Origin: Lama guanicoe | Lineage: Eukaryota | Direction of reading: 5' to 3' | DNA: 64,000 nt | NCBI GenBank assembly: GCA_013239625.1 | Contig: MU055269.1 | Location: forward strand, 3,163,225 to 3,227,224 | Part shown: positions 60,789 to 64,000 of the stretch, piece after piece | Layout: each line of letters opens with the position of its first letter | Position numbering within the stretch: position 1 is the stretch's first letter | Notes under the pieces: generated by a model | Database searches by the model: none | What the model was told of the DNA's origin: nothing | What the model saw: only the letters and a program-made list of their open reading frames with translations | Translations under genes and position numbers: made by a program

Positions 60789-61722
60789 GTTCTCCCGTGA
60801 GACATACAAGTGGCCAAGAGGCACATGAAAACATGCTCAATATACTAATTATCAGAGAAACACAAGCCAGAACTACAGTGAGGTATCACCTCACACTGGT
60901 CAGAATGGCCATCATTCAAAAGTCCACAAATGATAAACGCTGGAGNNNNNNNNNNNNNNNNNNNNNNNNNNNNNNNNNNNNNNNNNNNNNNNNNNNNNNN
61001 NNNNNNNNNNNNNNNNNNNNNNNNNNNNNNNNNNNNNNNNNNNNNNNNNNNNNNNNNNNNNNNNNNNNNNNNNNNNNNNNNNNNNNNNNNNNNNNNNAGC
61101 TCTAATTCGAAAAGATACANNNNNNNNNNNNNNNNNNNNNNNNNNNNNNNNNNNNNNNNNNNNNNNNNNNNNNNNNNNNNNNNNNNNNNNNNNNNNNNNN
61201 NNNNNNNNNNNNNNNNNNNNNNNNNNNNNNNNNNNNNNNNNNNNNNNNNNNNNNNNNNNNNNNNNNNNNNNNNNNNNNNNNNNNNNNNNNNNNNNNNNNN
61301 NNNNNNNAAGTGAAGTAAGTCAGACAGAGAAAGAAAAATACCATATGATACCACTTATACGTGAAATCAAAAAAAAAAGACAAACATACTTATTTACAAA
61401 ACAGAAACAGACTCACAGACAGAAAACAAACTTATGGTTATCAAGCAGGGTGGAGGGTGGGAAGGGATAAATTGGGAGTTCAGGATTCGCAGATACTAAC
61501 TACTATATATAAGATAGATAAACCACGAGTTTATACTGTGCAGCACCGGGAACTATACTTAATACCTTGTAGTGACCTCTAATGAAAAAGAATCTGAAAG
61601 CAAATATATATACATATATATGTGTGACTGAACCATTATGCTGCACACCACAAATTGACACAATGTTGTAAACTGACTATACTTCAATTTTTTTTAAGAA
61701 AATCAGATAAATAAATAAATAA
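60789..61722 (+). mobile_element. 5'-truncated camelid L1: ORF2 C-terminus plus 3' UTR, with internal N-runs 60946-61097 and 61120-61307
   Basis: Translation LIIRETQARTTVRYHLTLVRMAIIQKSTNDKRW matches the L1 ORF2 C-terminal region; typical 3' UTR and (AAAT)n tail. Confidence 0.95.
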
Positions 61723-64000
61723 GATTTGGCTTTCGTGCAGAGTAAAGTATTTTCCATTCTTCCTATGCAAATATTAAAAACTTTAAAAGTGTACTTTAAA
61801 TAAATTCAGCTCCTTCAGCAAATAAAATGCTGAGTGCTATGAGGGTATTGAAAAGTGTGCGCAATTTCCTAACCCACTTTTCATGTGTAGATACCTTGAT
61901 TTCGTGATTATTAGGTTTGAGCTGAGAAGCTAAAAATAGGCTATATTATTTAACTTCGATCAAATACAGACTCCTAACGATGTAAGCCAAGATCCACGTT
62001 CCTGTGCGTCCACCTTCCTGAACGACGCACGTTCAGCCGGAAACAGACAAAACGCCAGCGTCTGCGGGCGCAGTGCAGCTCCGCAGGCCGCTTCATTCCG
62101 TCACCATTTGGAGAAAGCGCCCGGCGAAGAGACTCTAGCTACCCCCGGACAGAAGCGGCAGGAATGACTGCATCTGAGCTGCCCCATGAAACACACGTCC
62201 CCGGCCTGCGCTGCCAGCTGCGCCTCGGGGCGACACGCCCCCCAGAAGCAGGCTGTGGGAAGCAGATGGCCGCTGCTGTAGAGACGTGTGGGCGAAAAGC
62301 CCACATTCAACGGGAAACACGACGTCCTCCCTGCCAGGAATGACCGATGTGTTCCTCCAGCATCCGGACTGCGCTTGCACCGAACGATCCTGCGACAGCG
62401 CGAAGTTGCTCACCTGCTTCTGTTTACATGTGTGGATCCAGTGTCACTCTGATAAATAACAGAGAAAACTCAGTCACGGTCTCATCACACAGAAGTTTCA
62501 CAAGACAGATGTGAGTCTTGGACATGACCACACAGCACCGGCGCTGACCGCTGGGACGCTCACAGCCGAGCTGCCCACCATCCCCCCCGGAGGAAGGGTC
62601 CCTGCCCCTCCATCCCAGCCGCTTCTGCTGCACTGCCCCTCATGCTGCTGCTCTGTCCTTGTTTTTAATGTTTTGCTGTTTTAGACAAAAGATCAAATTC
62701 TTTTTTGGAAGAAGTCACAATATAAATACATACACAATTAGCTAAACAAAGCTTTAAATGCTCTTTCCTCTCTACCAAGTATATAAAACTGCTGAATTTT
62801 TTGATTAACTAGATGAACCAGATCTTCATTCCCATCCTTTAAAATACGTAAAATCGAAATTATTAAATGTTGAATCAGATGTCTATAAAACATAATATCA
62901 GCTCGCTTCATTAAGTGTTCAATCAGGCATTCATAAAATTTCACTGCTTCTGAGAACAATTCGGACTTTGGTTAGACAGTCTCACATCCAAGGATGCCTG
63001 AGCCGGCACCAGCATTGCCAAGAAACCCGGTCAATTCTCATTCAAACCAGGTACCACATTTTGAAAAATGATTGACCCTTACATAGTTACAAATTAAAAT
63101 GTCATGATTTCTAGGCACCAGAACACGAGCCTGGGGCGGGGGGAATAAAAAGCCATGGCTCGCTGAGATATCACACCCACGAAGTCAGCGACGTGGGGCG
63201 TAAAGTATTTACATGCCTACCAGTTGCGGTGAAATAACTGTCTGGACAGCTCCTCCTGACTGTCCCCGGCCGCCCCAGGCCCTCCCGGGCCTGCCCCCAG
63301 GCCCCCTGGACTGCCCCAGCCTGCCGGATGTGGAGCCAAGCCTGGGAATTGGTGGCAAAGAAAAGCCTCATTTTTAACAATTATTTTCTGCAGCAACAAG
63401 ACAGATATTTGCCCAAAACATTCTTAAAACAGAAGCCAGGAAAAATATGCTTCCAAAACCAGCCTGCAATTATAACAGATAACAACAAAAATCGGCCAGG
63501 GAAATGTTCTCTGATACTTCCAAATCTTGAGCATTTGGGTTTTTTGTTTTTTTTTTCTTCTTCCATCCAGTGGCAGAACTGCTGGAAGTACTCTCCACCT
63601 GAAGCGGCGCTAGTTGCTTCTCCCCACCCGACGAGAAGAGAACAGAAGCAAAGGGCTGTGAGGGCCGCATCTCCGAGTTCAGCTGAGGGTTTCAGACCCT
63701 AAGCGCCCCACCTGCCGCCCCGAGCCTCTGCCCCGTGGGACCACGGCAGGGCAGCTCTGTGCACACCGCAGCAGGTGGCCGGCCAGCAGCTCACATCAGG
63801 AACCACTCCAGACGGCACACTCCTTCCCTGGTAAAGCACGCGGCTCCGCAGGGAGGCTGCTGTGGTGCTGTGGTCTCAGCGCTGGTGCCCCGACACTCAC
63901 TGCTGAACTCCTAACCCCCAAGGCAACGCCAAGACGAGGCAGGGTGTTCGGGAGGCGATCAGGTCGTGAGGCCGGAGCCTCATGGTGGGATTAGTGCTCT

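Overview
Mammalian genomic DNA, most likely camelid: it carries two Vic-1-type tRNA-derived SINEs and camelid/artiodactyl-style L1 3' ends. The window is GC- and CpG-rich, with a subtelomeric-type composition. I recognise no protein-coding exon; the long ORFs in the track look like Pro/Ala/Gly/Arg-rich shadows of GC-rich sequence. It reads as a large intron or gene desert containing old interspersed repeats (L2, MIR, L1MB/L1MC/L1ME, MER2B), younger 5'-truncated L1 tails, two minisatellites, several microsatellites, one clear CpG island (~6.2-7.1 kb), a second GC-box element (~33 kb), many AT-rich homeodomain-motif islands resembling conserved enhancers, and four N-runs. The most notable observations are (i) a minisatellite that is an array of nuclear-receptor half-sites with a perfect DR5, (ii) a candidate minus-strand spliced transcript running from the CpG island into the first minisatellite, and (iii) strong AT->GC drift of ancient transposons. 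Repeat family names come from recalled consensus similarity, not a database search. I found no evidence of a novel multi-gene system.
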